Below are positions 1 through 11,708 of a DNA stretch of 64,000 bases, in pieces. Made by a program: the position numbers and the translations under genes. Under the pieces are notes generated by a model. That model ran no database searches. It was not told the origin of the DNA and saw only the letters and a program-made list of their open reading frames with translations. Source of the DNA: Squalus acanthias (Eukaryota). The stretch is taken from positions 37,512,001-37,576,000 of the forward strand of contig CM059432.1 of NCBI GenBank assembly GCA_030390025.1. Direction: 5' to 3'. Numbering within the stretch: position 1 is the first letter of the stretch; each line of letters begins with the position of its first letter.

Positions 1-611
1 CAATGTTGAGGACTTCCAGAACCACTCCCTCCCAACTGGATACCACTGTAACAGGACAGGGTATACCCAGGGATGGTGATGCAGGAGCCTGGGACATTGG
101 CTGAAAGGTATGATTCTGTGAGTATGACTATGTCAGGCTGTTGCTTGACTAGTCTGTGGGACAGCTCTCCCAATTTTGGCACAAGTCCCAGATGTTGGTG
201 AGGAGGACTTTGCAGGGTCGACTGGGCTGGGTGTGCCATTTGCGTGTCCGAAGTCGATGCCGGGTGGTCCGGCCGGTTTTATTATTACTGTTTTTCGTAG
301 CGGTTCGTTACAACTGAGTGGCTTGCTCGGCTATTTCAGAGGGCCGTTAGGAGTCACCCACATTGCTGTGAGTCTGGAGTCACATATAGGGCAGACCAGG
401 TAAGGACAGCAGAATTCCTTCCCTAAAGGGCATTAGTGAATCAGGTGGGTTTTGGAACAACGATCACCATTACTGATACTAGCTTTTTATTCAATTAACT
501 GAATTTAAATTCCCCATCGTGGGATTTGAATTCACATCTCTGGATTACTAGGCCAGTAACATAACCACTATGCTACCATGACGATAGCATAACCACTGTG
601 CTACCGTTCCC
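1..611 (-). mobile_element. 5' end of a CR1/L2-group LINE with tRNA-like head (same family as 49380-54486), truncated by the window edge
   Basis: Minus strand: A-box-like GGTAGCATAGTGG (duplicated) and B-box-like GAATTCAAATCCC, ~400 nt of UTR, then degraded APE endonuclease N-terminus (VPKLGELSHRLVKQQPDIVILTESYL). Collinear with 53700-54486. Confidence 0.8.
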
Positions 612-624
612 GCTTGTTCAGGAA

Positions 625-909
625 TCTCCCGCCAGAGGAAATAGTTTCTCTCGATCTACCCTATCAAATCCTTTAATCATCTTAAACCATTAATTAGATC
701 ACTTCTTAATCTTCGATATTCAAGGGAATACAGGACTAGTCCATGCAATCTGCCCTCATAATTTAATCCTTTTAGCCCCGGTATCATTCTGGTGAATCTG
801 CGCTGCACCCCCTCCAAGGCCAATGTATCCTCCCGGAGGTGCGGTGTCCAGAACTGAGCACAGTTCTCCAGATGGGGTCTCACCAGAGCTCTGTACAGCT
901 GTAGCATAA
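625..909 (-). mobile_element. Older CR1 LINE ORF2 3' fragment, resuming near 2298-2420 beyond a nested CR1
   Basis: ORF 677..907 LYRALVRPHLENCAQFWTPHLRED...LEGVQRRFTRMIPGL is the typical CR1 RT C-terminus. Confidence 0.8.
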
Positions 910-2288
910 GAGAGTCATAGAGTCATACAGCACAGAAAGAGGCCCTTCGGCCCATCATGTCCACGCCGGCCATCAAGCCCTGTCTATTCTAATCCCATTT
1001 TCCAGCACTATGGCGTTTCAAGTGCTCATCTAAATGCTTCTTGAATGTTGCGAGGGTTCCTGCCTCTACCACCCTTTCAGGCAGTGAGTTCCAGATTCCA
1101 ACCACCTTCTGGGTGAAAAAGTTTCTCCTCAAATCCCCTCTAAACCTCCTTCCCCTTACCTTGAAACTATGCCCCCTGGTTATTGAACCCTCTACTAAGG
1201 GGAAAAGTTTCCCTCTATCTACCCTATCTATGCCCCTCATAATTTTGTACACCTCAATCAGGTCCCCCCTCAGCCTTCTCTGCTCTAAGGAAAACAACCC
1301 CAGTCTGTCCAGTCTCTCTTCATAGCTGAAGTGCTCCAGCCCAGGTAACATCCTGGTGAATCTCCTCTGCAACCTCTCCAATGCAATCACATCCTTCCTA
1401 TAGTGTGGCGACCAGAACTGCACACAGTATTCCAGCTGTGGCCTAACTAGCGTTTTGTACAGCTCCATCATAACCTCCCCGCTCTTATATTCTATGCCTC
1501 GGCTAATGAAGGCAAGTATCACATATGCCTTTTTAACCACCTTATCTACCTGTCCTGCTGCCTTCAGGGATCTATGTACATGCACACCAAGGTCCCTCTG
1601 ATCCTCTGTCCTTCCTAGGGTCCTACCATTCATTGTGTATTCCCTTGCCTTGTTTGTCCTCCCAAAATGCATCACCTCACACTTTTCAGGGTTAAATTCC
1701 ATTTGCCACTGTTCTGCCCATCTAACCAACCCGTCTATATCGTCCTGTAGCCCTGAAGCTTCCCTCCTTGCTATTTACCACTCCACCAATTTTCATGTCA
1801 TCTGCAAACTTACTGATTATACCTCCTATATTCATATCTAAATCATTAATGTACACTACAAACAGCAAAGGACCCAGCACCGATCCCTGCGGTACACCAC
1901 TGGACACAGGCTTCCAGTCACAAAAACAACCTTCGACCATCACCCTCTGCCTCCTGCCACTAAGCCAATTTTGGATCCAATGTGCCAAATTGCCCTGGAT
2001 CCCATGGGCTCTTACCTTCTTGACCAGTCTCCCATGTGGGACTTTGTCAAAAGCCTTACTGAAGTCCATGTAGACTACATCAACTGCACTACCCTCATCC
2101 ACACACCTAGTCACCCTCTCGAAAAATTCAATCAAATTGGTCAGACATGATCTCCCCCTGACAAAGCCATGCTGACTATCCTGATTAATCCCTGCCTCTC
2201 CAAGTGGAAACTAATTCTGTCCCTCAGAATTTTTTCCAATAATTTCCCTACGACTGATGTTCGGCTCACTGGCCTGTAATTCCCTGGT
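910..2288 (-). mobile_element. 5'-truncated CR1 LINE (RT domain to 3' tail)
   Basis: ORFs 1722..2135 (DFSKAFDKVPH, GVPQGSVLGP, KFADD) and 989..1729 joined by one frameshift near 1750; CR1-type 3' UTR and short repeat tail at 910-930. Confidence 0.92.
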
Positions 2289-2576
2289 AGTGTGCAGTAA
2301 TAACTTCCACCCCTTTGTATTCCAGCCCCCTTGAGATAAAAGGTCCATTAGCCTTTTAAATTATTTTTTGCACCTATCCACTAGCTTTTAGTGATTTCTG
2401 TACTTGGACCCCTAAAGCTTTCTGCTCATTCACAGCTGCTAGTTTCTCGCCAAATGAGGAAACTTTTACCAGCAACGGCAAAAGGATTGAATAATAGGCA
2501 GATCCGGAAACTCAAACCCATAAGCCATGGTTGGGATTCAAGTACTCCACTGCATGCGTCTTGCAACTGTTAACCT

Positions 2577-2707
2577 CTATTCTTCAGAATTAATTCCCCG
2601 ACAAACCCAAAAACAACGAATTGTAAACTGCAGTCCTACCTCGGTTTGTGTGTGATGCAAGATGTTGTTGGATTTAATAAAGCAGGGATATGCAGATTTT
2701 GCCGTAT
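2577..2707 (-). CDS. TMEM71: TMEM71 probable last coding exon
   Basis: Acceptor ttttttacag; the phase-1 join gives H-TAKSAYPCFIKS...SEE* with TAG at 2577-2579. An internal donor GAG|gtagga near 2640 could instead lead to a further exon. Confidence 0.55.
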
Positions 2708-2799
2708 CTGTAAAAAAGATCGTGGAGCAGAATTCAGCTTTAATATAGGAGTCTGAAAAGTTCATTATTGAGAGTGGTACTGTAAGAAATTGTACTTAC

Positions 2800-2864
2800 G
2801 CAGCACAGCCGTAAACACCAGCATAGTGGTGAGCAATGCAGCAACCACTCCTCCGAGAAACCAC
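2800..2864 (-). CDS. TMEM71: TMEM71 coding exon 7 (second TM helix)
   Basis: aacag| 65 nt |gtaagt; encodes (R)WFLGGVVAALLTTMLVFTAVL in phase with its neighbours. Confidence 0.88.
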
Positions 2865-2956
2865 CTGTTCAACAATGAGTTAACTGAAGGTTAGAGTGCA
2901 AGCCACAACATTCGAGAACAAAGTCAAGCTCCCAGCTGATCTCAAAATCACCTTAC

Positions 2957-3032
2957 CTTGCAAACACGGCGACACATATGGAGAGCACCAAAATGATCAG
3001 GTGGAAAAAGAAATTCTTGACAGTCATAGAAT
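2957..3032 (-). CDS. TMEM71: TMEM71 coding exon 6 (first TM helix)
   Basis: tttcag| 76 nt |gtaagg; encodes DSMTVKNFFFHLIILVLSICVAVFA(R). Confidence 0.88.
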
Positions 3033-3462
3033 CTGAAACAGAATCAATAAACTGCTTTAACTAATACAAGCAGAACAGGAGGGCCCAATTTATTAAGAAA
3101 ACGAATGCTCAATGAATACTGGGTGATATGAAAAAAATATGCAACATAGCAATTAATACTGCAGATCAAACTGTATTCTGCAAATTGTTTAAACTTAAAA
3201 GTGGGGTGCAGGTTTGCACCTGAAATTCCACATACATTGAATTCTTGATCTCATCCTTGTTGTCAAGCACAGAGTGTGGAGATCAGGGGCAAAAGAGAAG
3301 ACTTCTAGTGAAAGCATAAACATAGTTTTTACAGTTTCTTGTATTCACAATTTCCAGCAATTTTCTGATATCTTTGAATGTTAGTCACACAGGGAGGAGA
3401 TTTCCTGTGTATGCCATGTGTTACGAGACCACAAGCATGTTGGTCATTTTCTAACATATAGC

Positions 3463-3684
3463 ACGGAGCGGAGCTTTGCGCCACCGCGGCGCTACATGCC
3501 GATGTGCGTGGTGCTGTTGCACGTAGCGCCGCGATATTGAATGGGAGCGCCCCAAGAGAGAGGGGGAGCGCTTCCAGTAGCGCCCCGCCTCCTGCTTGGG
3601 GCGCTACCATTCAATTTCCAGTGCGGGGGCACTAACTTTTTTGAAATTAGCGCCTCAAAGGGGGCGGGATCCAATTTCCCCCCC
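3463..3684 (-). mobile_element. Truncated GC-rich non-autonomous DNA transposon end (family of 20268-20933)
   Basis: Reverse complement resembles 20270-20470, with repeated TAGCGCCC motifs and AATATCGCGGC. Confidence 0.6.
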
Positions 3685-4606
3685 TCTGTTTGCTGTAGTT
3701 TGAGTAAATTAAAACCACAAGTCGCAGCCCAACTGCAACTCATTGGCTGACGCAGTTAATATTCACTCCTTTTTAAAATTGTTTTCATCTAGTATACAAG
3801 TCAGAAGGGAGAGTCCAAAAAGGCGTCTCCAAGTGCATGAATGGGACAGTAGTAGGGTTGCCAACCCTTCCAAAATTACGCTGTGACCAAAGCAGGAGAA
3901 AAAATTATAGCGGCATAAGAAAACATTAGAGATAAGAAAGAAGCTCTTTGACTAACAGTTAAGACTCATTCAATCGGGTAACCAAGAGTCTGTTGATTTT
4001 CTAATTGGCGTGGGAAGGTGGTGCGCCGCAAGGATGCACGTGTTGGGTGACAGATGGTGGGAGCGGGAAGGTCGGAGATGGGAGGTCATGTGATGAAACC
4101 TCCAGGAATGCATCCTTACCCTGTGCGCTAGTGCTCCGAAAACATCGCAGTGCTGAACTTACCACTCTGTTCCCGTTCCCGATCTGTCTGCTGCCATTTT
4201 GCTGCCGACCTTGAGAAAGGTGGCCAGAGTGCCTGCCTGTTTCAGGCAGGTGGCCTCATTAAGCTTTGTACATCAGGGTCTTCTGTTATATGTAGGATCT
4301 CGATGCAATTTTCAGGTACCAATGGGTAGAGCGTGCACGGTGCTCACTCTGTTCATCGATATTGATGTAGTGACCCAACGCCCAGAAAAGAAGCTGTGAC
4401 GGTCCTTTTTTGCTCCCCACAATCCCTACCTTCCGGCTCAGCTCCGCAGAGGAGCCATTGGATTTCCCACATCCCTTCCAGTGATCAGTGAGCTGGTTCA
4501 GTGCTTGCAGTTCCCTAATCCCATTTAAAAGAGGCCCGACCATTTAAATGGCTCGGGCCTCTCACTGCGATTGCTCCACACGCCGAACCCCCAGTGTCCA
4601 CCAACA

Positions 4607-5331
4607 GGAAGGAAAGACAGAAAGAAAGAAAAGACAGGCAGGAAGGAAGAAAAGACAGGCAGGAAGGAAGAAAAGACAGGCAGGAAGAAGAAAAGACAGG
4701 CAGGAAGGAAGAAAAGACAGGCAGGAAGAAAGAAAAGACAGGAAGAAAGAAAAGACAGGAAGAAAGAAAAGACAGGCAGGAAGGAAGAAAAGACAGGCAG
4801 GAAGGAAGAAAAGACAGGCAGGAAGGAAGAAAAGACAGGCAGGAAGGAAGAAAAGACAGGCAGGAAGGAAGAAAAGACAGGCAGGAAGGAAGAAAAGACA
4901 GGCAGGAAGGAAGAAAAGACAGGCAGGAAGGAAGAAAAGACAGGCAGGAAGGAAGAAAAGACAGGCAGGAAGGAAGAAAAGACAGGCAGGAAGGAAGAAA
5001 AGACAGGCAGGAAGGAAGAAAAGACAGGCAGGAAGGAAGAAAAGACAGGCAGGAAGGAAGAAAAGACAGGCAGGAAGGAAGAAAAGACAGGCAGGAAGGA
5101 AGAAAAGACAGGCAGGAAGGAAGAAAAGACAGGCAGGAAGGAAGAAAAGACAGGCAGGAAGGAAGAAAAGACAGGCAGGAAGGAAGAAAAGACAGGCAGG
5201 AAGGAAGAAAAGACAGGCAGGAAGGAAGAAAAGACAGGCAGGAAGGAAGAAAAGACAGGCAGGAAGGAAGAAAAGACAGGCAGGAAGGAAGAAAAGACAG
5301 GAAGGAAGAAAAGACAGGAAGGAAGAAAAGA
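4607..5331 (+). repeat. Purine-rich minisatellite, 21-bp unit GACAGGCAGGAAGGAAGAAAA, about 33-35 units
   Basis: Directly visible perfect tandem array with degenerate units at both ends. It explains the five overlapping low-complexity ORFs. Confidence 0.98.
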
Positions 5332-5790
5332 CTTGCATTTCGATAGCGCCTTTCACGACCACCGGACGTTTCAAAGCACTTTACAGCCAATAAAGTACTA
5401 TTTGAAGTGGAGTCACTGTTGTAATGTGGGAAATACAGCAGCCAATTTGTGCACAGCAAGCTCCCACAAACAGCAATGTGAGAATGACCAGGTAATCTGT
5501 TTTTGTTATGTTGGTTGAGGGATAAATATTGGCCAGGACACCGGGGATAACTCCCCTGCTCTTCTTCAAAATAGTGCCATGGGATCTTTTACGTCCACCT
5601 GAGAGAGCAGACAGGGGCCTCGGTTTAACGTCTCATCCGAAAGACGGCACCTCCGATAGTGCAGCACTCCCTCAGCACTGCACTGGAGTGTCAGCCTAGC
5701 TTTATGTGCTCAAGTCCCTGGAGTGGGACTTGAACCCACAACCTTCTGACTCAGAGGCGAGTGTGCTACCAACTGAGCCACAGCTGACAG
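5325..5790 (-). mobile_element. tRNA-derived Deu-domain SINE (SacSINE1-like)
   Basis: A box TGGCTCAGTTGG, B box GGTTCAAGTCC, central GGTGTCCTGGCCAATATTTATCCCTCA...GTGGGAGCTTGCTGTG and L2-like tail. Near-identical to 11250-11708 and 52129-52592. Confidence 0.88.
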
Positions 5791-6361
5791 CAGTTAAAAT
5801 CAGCCCCTACATTTCTTTTGTGATTTGGATTGTAATTATCTTCATTTTTAGCATATCGTTATACTGTTCATGAAGATCAAAATTTGAGGAGTCTGGATTA
5901 GCTGCCATTTTCTTTTATCCAGACGATCCCCTCCATTATTGCTGCTCTACAGTATTGATGCTGTCCGCTAGCACCATACTTTCTGTAGAGCACAGAGGAG
6001 TCATTTCACCAGCACGAAGCCTCACTGGAAGTGAATGTAGGTCGGAGATGGGGCTGTAACACTGTATCCCTAATTCTGTGCTCAGTGCTACTGAGCCTCC
6101 GTGCTGGAATGGAGTCGTGCAAAATTACTGCTCAGCTGTCATGCTGCAGGTAAGGTTTTGTGGCTAGTTTTAATGAACAAGTGACTACTACGATATAAAG
6201 CTGCTCCGAAGACTACCAAAACAAATTGCAGCACAAGAACAAAATCAAACAGCTGGAGATTAATAATGGCTGGATCTCAGCTACCAAGTGGCTCCTCCAT
6301 GAACAGTTCACACTTTTTACAACATTTTTATCATATATATGTGGAAACATTGTTGTCTCAC

Positions 6362-6556
6362 CTGGACTTTTTGGTATGTTATTGAAGAAGCACTTTGCAG
6401 GACGTAACCGGGAATGAGAAGGAAGATCTAAGAAGCCTTCTGCCGATTTGTTGACCAACAGACTTTCTGTGGAGTAGGCTTCAGCGTTAATTAAGGGCAG
6501 ATTCTCTTCCGATAACCAAGATTTACCACTGGAGGACAAATCCACACTGCTTCCTC
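6362..6556 (-). CDS. TMEM71: TMEM71 coding exon 5
   Basis: gtttcag| 195 nt |gtgaga; open frame GGSSVDLSSSGKSWLSEE...NIPKSP, phase 1/1 compatible with the flanking exons. Confidence 0.8.
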
Positions 6557-6845
6557 CTGAAACAACACAGGGAGTTCCAGCATTTCAATCACACATACCC
6601 ATTCTCTTTTGTTTCAAGTTCAAATGTTCTACTCTCTCTTTCCACAATAGTTTTACTCGAGCAGAAGCAATAAAATGAAAAATGCCAGAAATCGGAACTG
6701 TAAACAGAATATGCTTGAAATATACAACAGGCCCATCAGTGCCTGAAAGAGAAAAGACAGCCAAGTATTTTCGGTGGATATCCTTCGTCAAAAGAAAGGT
6801 CTCTGGCTGAAGCATTAACCGGTCTTTTCTTCTTCCAGTTACTGA

Positions 6846-7550
6846 GGTAGGAATTCGTTTCAGACCATTTTGGGGTCTGAAATAGCTGGTGCGCTGGGAG
6901 CATATGCCAGAAGCTGGAGGCCTAAGGCTCACCCGAAATTGGGCCGCAGGCCTCATCAGCATATTGCTGGTGAGCTGCAGATGCCAATTGGGCATCCAGT
7001 GGCAACTCACCGGTTTTACAAGTCCAAAGTTAGGCCGGCTGCCTCCCCGACAGTGGCCTTCTGGTAGGTCCTGGAAGAGAGGGGAGTCAATTGGGAGGGG
7101 AGGTGATCGGTAGAGGGATGATCAGGGGGGGAAGTGGAGGGAGATCGATTGGAAGGGGGCTAACCAGGAGACGGGAGGAATACTCCTGCTTCTTCCAGCT
7201 CCACATTTAGGTGAAGAGTTTTTTGAAAACGTACCTTTTTGGTAGCAGACTCCAGCGGTCCCGGCTGGTCCGCTGGTTAGGCTGCACGTAGACATGGTTA
7301 TCCTGAACGCAGAAGGCCCAGTGCCGGCTGCGTTCAGTGCAGCCCAATTTCAGGAAGGGGTCCTCAAACAGATGTTAGGCTCCCTATTTGTATATGCCTG
7401 TTTCAGCCATGGGCCCCGGACGCCTATACTTCAGCTTTTACCAACATAGCAGGCGGTGCACTTCTGGTGTGGAATGTGCGTTCGCAAGCCACCTGCCATA
7501 ATGGCCGCTTAGGTGCCCATTTACGCCGGTGCGGGGTCAATACATTTCTA
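6846..7550. mobile_element. Degenerate GC-rich non-autonomous DNA transposon (Harbinger-type MITE)
   Basis: GC-rich island with a GGGGTCTGAAAT-like left end and motifs shared with other MITEs in the window; boundaries approximate. Confidence 0.4.
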
Positions 7551-7788
7551 GGCCACAGTCTAAGCTGTGCTGCATTTCCAGCACGCACTTTTAAAAAATC
7601 TCTGCAAGCAATAGATGACACAGATACGCTGCTGGGTCTCAACTGAGCAGGTGCTGCACGGGTTCAGGCTGGGGGTTCAAAAATATTCTCATGCCAACGC
7701 CAAGTCTTTAATTGCTGACTATTTAGAAAAATAAAATTACTACGGTGTTCTTTTCTACTCATTTGAAATTATTGAAACTATATTATAC

Positions 7789-7961
7789 CCTGGTTGTTGC
7801 TGAAGCTGGAGTCAAAGTCACTTCCCCCATCAATCCAAGAGGATTCTGCAAGAGGACAGTCAGGCCCACCGAAAAGACTGCTGTTCAACCATGAACTGGA
7901 GGAATCTATCGAAAAAAGGCTTGCAAAGGATCGACGAACCCTTCTCCGCCGCCGGAAAATT
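7789..7961 (-). CDS. TMEM71: TMEM71 coding exon 4
   Basis: tttgcag| 173 nt |gtataa; encodes (R)IFRRRRRVRRSFASLFSIDSSSSWLNSSLFG...SNNQ, continuing the YKENLVRIFR motif. Confidence 0.92.
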
Positions 7962-9039
7962 CTGCAAACAGAGTTAAAAAAAAGTTCCTTTAGTAAATAA
8001 CCTAAGGTGGAGGATTATGCTGGGTTATGAATCACAATTTACCAGCTACCAGTTCCTGTGGCATTGCTCATGGATTAAACTGAAAAATAGCTTCTCTTCC
8101 TGTAACAATGTCTGTGCTCATCTTCCACGATCTACTGAGCTCTTCCCAGTTCATCCACTCAGTGTCATCATCAAGCACTTCCAGATCAACTACAGCAAAA
8201 CCAGAAACAGAGTAAGGCTCCCTCTATCTTGTCTCAACATGCCTCAACCCGGAGCCTAATCCCAAACTCAACCCTAACCTAAGAGCATCTCCACCCCAAT
8301 GTACTCGTGTCACATTTTCTCCATTTCCCACATCAGCCATTCTGCGGCCTCTTTTGGAATGAGATTGACAATTAGGGACAATCTGTAGACCACGTCCACT
8401 AGGATTAAAAATGTCCAAACCAGCCAGCAGACAGACAGACCCACTTGTCTGTGTTGGATTTAAACGCGAGTCCCAAAGGATGTCTCACACTGTGCGTGCC
8501 CGTAGTACACATTTACTTCTCTAGTGTGTCCGTGTGTTTCTCTTTCAGTATGTCTTCAGTGAATGTCCTTCAACCATGTTCTCAAGACTACAGATTAGCA
8601 GCACAAAATATATTTCATAAAGGCAAGAAAAATGCTGCAAAAAAGATTTTAAAAAGGTGAAAACAACACAGTGAACAGGTGCTGAGTATAGCGATAAAAT
8701 ATTTTCCCAAGATTAATAAAAGTAACAGTCGATCTCTCGACATAATGCTCACAGATAAAGATTAAATTGTGTCCTCCTCACCTGCAACAAGGAAATAAAT
8801 ATATCTGCACCTGTCGCATACTGTGTCTCATCTACTTCGGGTGCTCGTTATGTGATAAATAAAAATAGAATTGATGAAGGTGAATAATTATGTATTAAAA
8901 GTCATGTATATAGGATGCACTTTCTGTAAATGTCCCACTTACTTCCTGTAACATTTTTCCATAACACCTAAATACTTACTTATGTATTATACTTCCCTCG
9001 CAATGAGGCCTCCCAGCTCCAAGGCTGGTGGCACTGCGG

Positions 9040-9400
9040 AGACAGAAAATCGGGAAATAAAAAGCTGGTACCAGTAAGACCGACGATGAAGCTGTCGATT
9101 TTTGTAAAAAACCAACTGGTTCACTGATGTCCTTTAGGGAAGGAACCCTGCCGTTCTTACCCAGTCTGGCCCGTGTGTGATTTCAGTCCCACATCAACGT
9201 GTTATATTCGGAACTGCCCTCTGAAGTGACCTGGCAAGTCACTCGGTTGTACCAAATCGTTAACAACATTGTGGGAGCACCTTAACCACACAGACTGCAG
9301 CGGCTCAAGAAGGCGGCCCACCACCACCTTCTCGGAAGCAACCAGAGATGGGCAATAAATGCCGGCCTTGCCAGCGACGCCTACATCCCGAGAATGAATA
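9040..9400 (+). mobile_element. Non-autonomous bipartite retroelement: 5' UTR plus 3' end of the tRNA-headed LINE
   Basis: 9055-9257 matches the LINE 5' UTR (CTGGTTCACT..AGGGAAGG..GTTGTACCAAA). 9265-9400 matches the LINE 3' end (GACTGCAGCGG..CACCACCACCTTCTC..GGGCAATAAATGC) seen at 49380-49520. Confidence 0.8.
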
Positions 9401-10318
9401 ATTGACTTAATTCCTTGTAACCAGTTACATTTTCTTAAACCCAATTTTGAAATATCCTTCATTTTAATGCGAGTTCTCTGTAGGCGATTCTCAATAAGTA
9501 TCAGAGCTTTCCACAACTTTTGAAATTATTGCCTGTATGCTCTCGGATTCAAGTGATAAACAGTGAGAACTGCACATTCTACAGTATCTTGGTTCGCATG
9601 AAGGTCCTGTCAAACCTACACGTGAAAAGGAAGTAAATGCTTTACCACTAAGTAACAGCACCAGACTCTCCACACTTATCTGTTTCACTTATGGTAGTCG
9701 TTAATAATTAGAAAGAAATTCTTTCTGATAATTCAAAAGCTCTTAAGAATCCATTTATGTCGTATGCTGCGTGAAAATTTGGTAATTGTCGAGTTATAAG
9801 CAGGAATAACTGTACCTTCACTTACACAACCCGCCGTCAATAAACCTTTCTCTACTAGTCAGTACTGTTTCTTCTGTTCCTCCACCTTAAACTTGGACAG
9901 TCTCCACCGGCTGGTGCTAATGCTCCTTTTCTCCTCCTCATATCTGCCCTACTCCTCTGCAGACTCCAGTTTAAGCATTTCTAACTGGTATGCACTTTTT
10001 GTCCTGTTCCTCTGCAGCCAGACATTCTACTTCTAGCTTGCAATCTTACAGACATCTAGCACTCGTTCTTAAATACTTCTGGTAACATTTTCCCTGACCC
10101 GCAGATGCATTTACTCCCACTTGAAACTGCCACCACTTGTTATGACTTCGGGCTGTCCAAATACTTTTTCTCATGCCTTGCGCAAAGTACTGCTCCCACA
10201 GGCATGTTCACACTTCCTATGAACCGTAATGGGATCTAATGCGTGAAGTAATCTGGAGGTAGCATGCCTGGGATGAACAATAAAGCCTTTGTGCGCCTGA
10301 GAAACTCACTGGAAATTA

Positions 10319-10529
10319 TGATGTGGAGATGCCGGTGTTGGACTGGGGTGGACAAATGTGAGAAGTCGCACAACACCAGGTTATAGTCCAACAGTTTTAT
10401 TTGAAATCACAAGCTTTCGGAGCGCTGCTCCTTCATCAGGTGAAGGAGCAGACGAAGGAGCAGCGCTCCGAAAGCTTGTGATTTCAAATAAAACTGTCGG
10501 ACTATAACCTGGTGTTGTGCGACTTCTCA
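10319..10529. mobile_element. Short palindromic Penelope-like element (inverted pseudo-LTR ends)
   Basis: About 80-bp inverted arms at 10357-10438 and 10451-10531; 12-bp duplication CACTGGAAATTA at 10307-10318 and 10530-10541; same terminus as 44834 and 55375. Confidence 0.88.
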
Positions 10530-10732
10530 CACTGGAAATTAGTACAAGATGCCTCATACTAAAAACAGAAACATAGAAAAATAGGAGCAGGAGTAGGCCA
10601 TTCGGCCCTTCGAGCCTGCTCCGCCATTCAATATGATCATGGCTGATCCTCTATCTCAATACCATATTCCCGCTCTCTCCCCATACTCTCCTTGTCTCTC
10701 TCGCTGATGGATAAATAACCCTAACAGACTAT

Positions 10733-11170
10733 GGGGGAGAAATTCAACATCTTTGTGACCTTTTTTGGGGGCAAAATCAACATTGGGGGGCCAATTTTGG
10801 ATCGCATGCCCAATCTCTCCCAGAAGTGTGCCGGCCGCCAAATTGCAAGCTGTTGAATTCTAGCTGGGCAGAGCATTAGGCACCGTGAAAAGGCAAATCG
10901 GAGTCCTAATCCTACTGCTGGCTCCGCCAAGGTACTGCAGGTCTCTGTTGGACTGTGCCCACCCGTCCCCTCTACTTTGCCTCTCCCCCCCCCTACCCCA
11001 GGACTTACTAGCAGGTCGGCCCAGCGTCGGAGCCTCCTGGAATTGATCAGGCCCCGACTGGCAAGCTGCACTGGGACACCCAACTGGCGTCCGCTGCTCA
11101 CCAGTTTAATGCAAATGAGGCCCGAGGTCCAATTTTGATCGCGTCTCAGGCCACTGACTGCAGGCATGCG
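10733..11170. mobile_element. Degenerate GC-rich MITE
   Basis: GGGGGAGAAATT terminus and GC-rich body like other Harbinger-type MITEs here; right end unclear. Confidence 0.4.
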
Positions 11171-11249
11171 TTCCAATTTATTAAGAAGCAAAACTAAGAA
11201 GAAGCAAAAGCAAACACAGCAGATTGCACTAGGTTTTAATACCTCACAG

Positions 11250-11708
11250 TGTCAGCCGTGGCTCAGTGGGTAGCACTCTCGCCTCGGAGTCAGAAAGTTG
11301 TGGGGTCAAGTCCCACTCCAGAGACTTGAGCACAAAAATCCAGGCTGACACTCCATACAGAGAGGAGGGAGTGCTGCACTGTTCAAGGTGCCATCTTTCA
11401 GATGAGACATTAAACCGAGGCCCCGTCTGCTCTCTCAGGCAGATGTAAAAGATCCCATGGCACTATTTCGAAGAAGAGCAGCGGAGTTATCCTGGCCAAT
11501 ATTTATCCCTCAATCAACATAACAAAAACAGATCATCTGGTCATTATCACATTGCTGTTTGTGGGAGCTTGCTGTGCGCAAATTGGCTGTCATGTTTCCT
11601 ACATTCCAACAGTGACTACACTTCAAAAGTACTTCATTGGCTGTAAAGCGCTTTGGGACGTCCTGTGGTTGTGAAAGATGTTATATAAATGCAAGTCTTT
11701 CTTTCTTT
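11250..11708 (+). mobile_element. tRNA-derived Deu-domain SINE (SacSINE1-like)
   Basis: A and B boxes, Deu core and (CTTT)n tail; collinear with 5325-5790. Confidence 0.88.

Noticed and set aside
3852..4125. hAT-like element starting TAGGGTTGCCA
   Set aside because: Matching right TIR and 8-bp TSD not convincingly found.
4607..5331. CRISPR-like array
   Set aside because: Contiguous identical units with no spacers, no cas genes, vertebrate context.
4515..5518. Five long ORFs of 250-315 aa
   Set aside because: Artefacts of a stop-free 21-bp tandem repeat inside an intron.
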